A DNA stretch of 64,000 nt from the human T2T-CHM13v2.0 reference genome, Homo sapiens. Numbering within the stretch: position 1 is the stretch's first letter; every line of letters begins with the position of its first letter. Positions 57,478-64,000 of this stretch are shown piece after piece. Below the pieces are notes generated by a model. The model searched no databases, was not told the DNA's origin, and was given only the letters and a program-made list of their open reading frames with translations. The stretch lies in assembly GCF_009914755.1 (NCBI RefSeq), contig NC_060934.1. One strand, 5' to 3'. The translations under genes and the position numbers were made by a program.

Positions 57478-59057
57478 TAGGTTTTCATTTTTATAATTAT
57501 ATTTTTATTTTTGTGATTTCTGGGTACTTTTTAAATGGATGGAATGTAATATCCTCTAGAATATTTAATATTCAAAACAAATTATAGGAAGATCTTAAAA
57601 TAAGTAAAATGTGTCTTGCCTCCTTGTGTATTATTCCTTTCATTTGTGGAGTAAGTTGCCATTCTTTTGAGTTGTAGGTCCTCTTCAAATGTTTGGTTAT
57701 ATTTGCCATTCAGGATCCCTGCTCTACTTTATGTAGATGCCATGTCTGACTACAGAAGACTGTTTCTGAAATCTTTGAGAGTTTGGCTGGATATGCTACT
57801 GAAGAGGTTGTGCTCAATGCTTTGCATTTGGGGTAAAGAATCTGTTTCTCCTAATACATTGCCCTGATTCTCCTTCCAAATGATAAAATCCTTCATCAGC
57901 AAATACATGAATAAGCGGAGGTTCCACCAGGCTTGTGCTCTAAAAAAGTTTTAGTTAAGCATCCTGATTATTTTCCCAGAGCCCTTTTATTTTCTCTAAT
58001 TTCATCATATCTGAGACTAAACAACCTCTGAAATTATCCTCCCTTTTAATTATCTTTTTTCAATGTGTTTTGGTCTGTGGCCTCTTTCTTTCATTCAATT
58101 CATCAATGTTCTATCTTTTAGAAAGCCTTCAACATTTTTGATTTGCTGCTTACTCACCCTTATTTTGTTGTTTATATAAATTGCAAATGACTTTTATTAC
58201 ACTTTGGGATTCATTAAGGTCATTTTTCTGGAACCAGTTTCTCACATTATAAACCCATGTTTGTTAGAATGATTTTCTGATTAAACTTATAACTTCAACA
58301 GATTAAAAACAGTCATCATATCTCTATCCCTATAAATAATGATAGCTTTTACTTACAGATCTACATTATATTAACACATATATGAATAAATGAAGTATAT
58401 ATAATAGCTATGCTTCATCCTGTTTTTGAGTTACAGTTATTCCAGACTTATATCTACACAACTAATGGCAATATCCTTTCCTTGGTTTGGGATTAAATGA
58501 ATTGGGAGAAAAAAAGAAAAGAGAAGAAAGAAAAAAAATCTTGAGAAGGAAAGAGGTTTCTATTCTTCGCCACCACTGCACAGAAAAGGAAGCCATTTGT
58601 CCTCTGGCTTCTCCATCCTTCTGCCCCATCACACTGTTCTTATGACACTGGACTCATTGGTTATGACCTACACAGATGTGGCATAACATTTCCTTCTGTT
58701 CTTTTGCTGCCTTCCCTTACATGGAACTTCATTTTTCTTCCCCTGGGCGTAGGGCAGCTATTTTCAATCTAAATAGACCAGCTGCTCATCTAGCCCCACT
58801 TAATCACCAAGCCAATGTAGAGAAGGCAAAGCATATGTACGCATCATATGTGATATTTTGTCTAATTTGTTTCCATCTTAGGTTCTATTTAGTGATCTGG
58901 TGGAGTGACCCTCACTACCACAGTCTATAATCTGTAAACATTATATGACCCCAGTGATTTTTTCCTTCTTCTAGGTATCTATTAATGGATGGTATAAGGA
59001 AATATATTGTTACTCTTCCTTTTAAGTAAAACCTTTCTGAAATGAACTACGAGTATG

Positions 59058-59798
59058 TTTATTTAGTTTTTATTTTATAATCATGAACTTAACTCTGCTA
59101 TTCCACTAGGCACGGAAGGGAATAAGAAAAATATGGAACCCAAAGGGATTGCAGTAAGACCACAAAGATTATAGGACACTGTGAGCAAATAGGGTGAAGA
59201 AGTTCTCTTCTGACCTACAGAAAGAATGGTCTGGTGATGAAGATAAAACACAAGTCCAATTTATTAGAGTTGTTCACAGTCAGCAATGGTGATCTACTTG
59301 CTAGTCTTACCATTCCTGGACCCAAAGTGCTCCCTGGCTTCCATGATATTCATGCCTTCCTTCACTTTGCCAAAGACTATATGCTTGCCATCCAACCACT
59401 CAGTCGTGGCTGTGCAGATGAAACACTGGAAACTGTTTGTGTTGGGTCCAACATTTGTCATGGACAAGATGCCAGGACCTGTATGTTTCAGGATTCTCAT
59501 CATCAAATTTCTCCCCATAGATGGACTTGCCACCACTGCCATTTTGACATGTGAAGTCACCACACTGACACATAAATCCTGGAATAATTATGGGAAAGCA
59601 GACACCCTTATAACTAAATCCTTTCTCTCCAGTGCTCAGAGCATGAAAATTTTCTGCTGTTTTGGGAAATTTGTCTGCAAACAGCTTGAAGGAAACTTGG
59701 CCCAAGGGCTCACCAGCAATAGCGTTGTTGAAGAACACAGTGAGGTTGATTGTGGCTGGTGGCAGGGGGCTCCAGGCAGTGTTGGCATCTGCAAAGCC
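59058..59798 (-). pseudogene. PPIA: Processed pseudogene of PPIA (cyclophilin A); CDS-homologous region 59261-59753
   Basis: Intronless; [27 protein letters not shown]...FMCQ.GDFT and [20 protein letters not shown] in two frames; ATG mutated to ACA, 5-nt deletion near 59495, premature TAG at 59294-59296; PPIA 3'UTR present. Confidence 0.95.
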
Positions 59799-60155
59799 TA
59801 ACTTTTTTTTTAATAATCCAAATTGTTTGACTACTTTTCTTTCTGTTTGCTGGTCTTAAAAAATTCAAGCAATCTCCGCTCAAACCATTCAATACCTTGA
59901 CAGAGCCCCAGTCATATCTGAATGAATTTTACCCAAGAACCAGAAATTTAGCCTATGATTAAAACATTTGCTTTAAGAAATTAAATTTCTGAAAGCATTT
60001 AAAATAAAATGGAGTGATCAGAAGCTTGGAATCATTACTGTTATTATTCCTGCTTTTTTTTTTATTTAGATAAAACTTACATTAACCATAAAAGAAGACT
60101 TGGGGACACAGTCTCAGCCTCACCGCTGCTGCCACCACCGTCCAGAGACTGCTGA

Positions 60156-60749
<594 letters not shown>

Positions 60750-61116
60750 TGAACTCCCCAGATAAAGTCTGCTCTCTTGCAAAGATGGCTTTTGATGAAG
60801 GCATTGCTGAACTTGATACATTAAATGAAGAGTCATACAAAGACAGCACGCTAATAATGCAATTACCGAGAGACAACTTGACATTGTGGACACTGGATAC
60901 CCAAGGAGACAAAGCTGAAGCAGGAGAAAGAGGGGAAAATTAACCGGCCTTCCAACTTTTGTCTGCCTCTTTCTAAAATTTACACAGTAGACCATTTGTC
61001 ATCCATGGTGTCCCACAAATGGTTTTTTGTTTACAATTTATGGCAGATGTGTGTTACTTTTATTTGAATTTCTATATTTCCCATGTGGTTTTTATGTTTA
61101 ATATTAGGGGAGTAGT

Positions 61117-61592
<476 letters not shown>

Positions 61593-62546
61593 TTAGGGAG
61601 TTATCTGTTTTCATCTTGAGGTGGCCAATATGGGGATGTGGAATTTTTATACAAGTTGTAAATGTTTGCTATAGTACTTTCGGTACATTGTGGCTTCACA
61701 AGGGCGAGTGTTAAAACTGCGTCCATATCTAAGCAAAGAAAACTGTCTACATATTGGTTTGTCCTGGTGGGGAATAAAAGGGATCATTGGTTCCAGTCAC
61801 AGGTGTAGTAATTGTGGGTACGTTAAGGTTTGGAGCACTTACAAGGCTGTGGTAGAAACAGATATCCCATGGATACCGCATGTTAAACCATGTATATCTG
61901 TGGAATACTTAATCTCACTGTGCACACCTTTGACTACAGCTGCAGAAGGGTTCCTTTAGACAAAGTTGTGACCCATTTTACTCTGGATAAGGGCAGAAAT
62001 GGTTCACATTTCATTATTTGTAAAGTTACCTGCTGTTAGCTTTCATTATTTTTGCTACATTTATTTTATTTGTATTTAAATGTTTTAGGCAACCTAAGAA
62101 CAAATGAAAAAGTAAAGATGCAGGAAAAATGAATTGCTTGATATTCATTACTTCATGTATATCAAACACAGCAGTAAAATAAAAACCCATGTATTTAGTT
62201 TTTTTTAAGGTTTTTTCTTTTGTGATTTTTGTTTTTTGATACTTGCCTAACATGCATGTGCTGTAAAGACAGTTAACAGGCAAATAACTTGAAATGATGG
62301 CCAGCTTGGTTTAATGTCTTATGAAATTTTCATGAACAATCCAAGCATAATTGTTAAGAACACATGTATTAAATTCATGCAACTGGAATAAAAGTTTTAT
62401 GAATGGACTTTTCAACTACTTTTTCCACAGCTTTTCATGTAACTTAGTCTTTTGGTTCTGAAACTTCTCTAAAGGAAATTGTAGATTTTTTGAAATTTAT
62501 TCCTTATTCCCTCTTGGCAGCTAATGGTCTTTTCCAAGTTTAAACA

Positions 62547-62690
62547 CAAAGTTTATCATAACAACAAAAATGCTACTAATATCACTGCTGTTTGCAACCA
62601 TGTCCCAAGATCCCCTCTCAAAGTTTATCATAACAACAAAAATACTACTAATATCACTACTGTTTCCAACCATGTCCCATGATCCCCTCT
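62547..62690. repeat. 72-bp tandem duplication
   Basis: 62547-62618 vs 62619-62690, 4 mismatches. Confidence 0.95.
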
Positions 62691-64000
62691 CTTCCTCCCC
62701 ACTCTGAAAAAAATGAGCTCCTATTTTTTCTGGGAGAGGGGGAGATTGATTGGGAAAAAAAAAAAAAGGAATATGTTCCATTTAAAATTTTGGTATATGG
62801 CATTTTCTAACTTAGGAATCCACAGTGTTCTTGGCCTATCATGACGTTGGGTAGCATTAACTATGTTTTGTGCTTCCAAATCACTTTTTGGTTTCTAAGA
62901 GTTTCTTGATACTCTTATAGCTTGCCTTCAATTTTGGTCCCTTGTTCTTTCTATGTGTCAAGGGCACAAGATTACCTTCCTTTTTTAGCGTTCTGTCTTG
63001 TCACCAGCCATTCCTACTTGGTGGCCACGTACTTGGAAAAAGGCTGCATGATCTTTCTGGCTCTACTCAATATCTAAGACATCCTGCTTCCTTTGCTCGC
63101 ATCCCACAAACTACTTCCCTCATCCTATTTACTGCAGCAAATCTCTCCTTAGTGTGTTTATCTCCTTTTAAAACCCTACCTATCCTGAATTGTCTGTCAT
63201 TGTCTGCCTTTAAAATCCTTCCTCTTTCTCTCCCTCTATTCTCTAAATAATGATGGGGCTAAGTTACACCCAAAGCTCACTTTACAAAATATTTCCTCAG
63301 TACTCTGCAGAAAACACCAGACAAAAATGCCATTTTAAAAGGTGTGTTTTTTCTTTTAGGATGTAAGCTCCTCAAGAGCAGGGACAATGTTTTCTGTATG
63401 TTCTATTGTGCCTAGTACACCGTAAATGCTCAATAAATATTGATGATGGGAGGTAGTGAGTCTTGATGATAAGGGTGAGAAATTGAAATCCCAAACACTG
63501 TTTTGTTGCTTGTTTTATTATGACTGCAGATTAAACTGGGGACTATTGGCCCTTTTGGATAATTGTCCCAAATATTACATTCAAATAAAAGTGCAATGGA
63601 GAAAAAAAATAGGAGACTTGGAATTAAAAGATTAAAATGTACTTCTGGCTCTGCTGAATCACTTTAGGAAAGTTGAATAATATCTCTTAGCCTATTTTTT
63701 AAATCTATAAATGGTTGCATTAACTGTATGTTTCCTAAAGTCTACATTAGCTCTAAAATTATTTTATCTCTTGCATGAAGTTATTATGCTCCAAATATTT
63801 AAGGGATTACAGGTTTAAGATAATATAAACATATATTGTGAAATGCTGGCCATTTATTAAAACGGGTGTAACGAAATCTGTTGTTACACTGGGGGCAGGG
63901 AGCAAGAAGGGGGTGGATATCATACTCAGTGAAAGCAGTGACATTGAATTAAACAGCAAGTTTTCCATTTGTTTACTTGATCAATTCAAAAAAATCTCTT

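Noticed and set aside
59286-59801. 171-aa plus-strand ORF
   Set aside because: Antisense shadow of the PPIA pseudogene CDS

Overview
Primate (human-like) intergenic DNA: AT-rich, CpG-depleted, no CpG island and no recognisable intact protein-coding gene. Much of it is interspersed repeats: Alu/FLAM, L1 of several ages, L2, MIR, MaLR/ERVL/ERV1/ERVK solo LTRs (MLT1, THE1A, MSTA, MLT2A2, MER39, MER41 x3, MER34, MER11), a truncated MER57 provirus with a Leu-tRNA PBS, and DNA transposon fossils (MER58B, MER91A, MER5A, MER53). The only gene-derived sequences are two processed pseudogenes lying head-to-head about 300 bp apart: a degraded PPIA copy (minus) and a near full-length-mRNA YWHAZ (14-3-3 zeta) copy (plus) with one frameshift, TSDs, an Alu and a 72-bp duplication in its 3'UTR. 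The most unexplained signals are a 113-nt hairpin at 4032-4144 that I cannot assign to a repeat, an exact duplication of the ERE-like motif in a MER41 LTR, and a few candidate lncRNA exons and enhancer motifs. I found no evidence for a new multi-gene system. Repeat subfamily names come from recalled consensus sequences and need RepeatMasker/Dfam confirmation.
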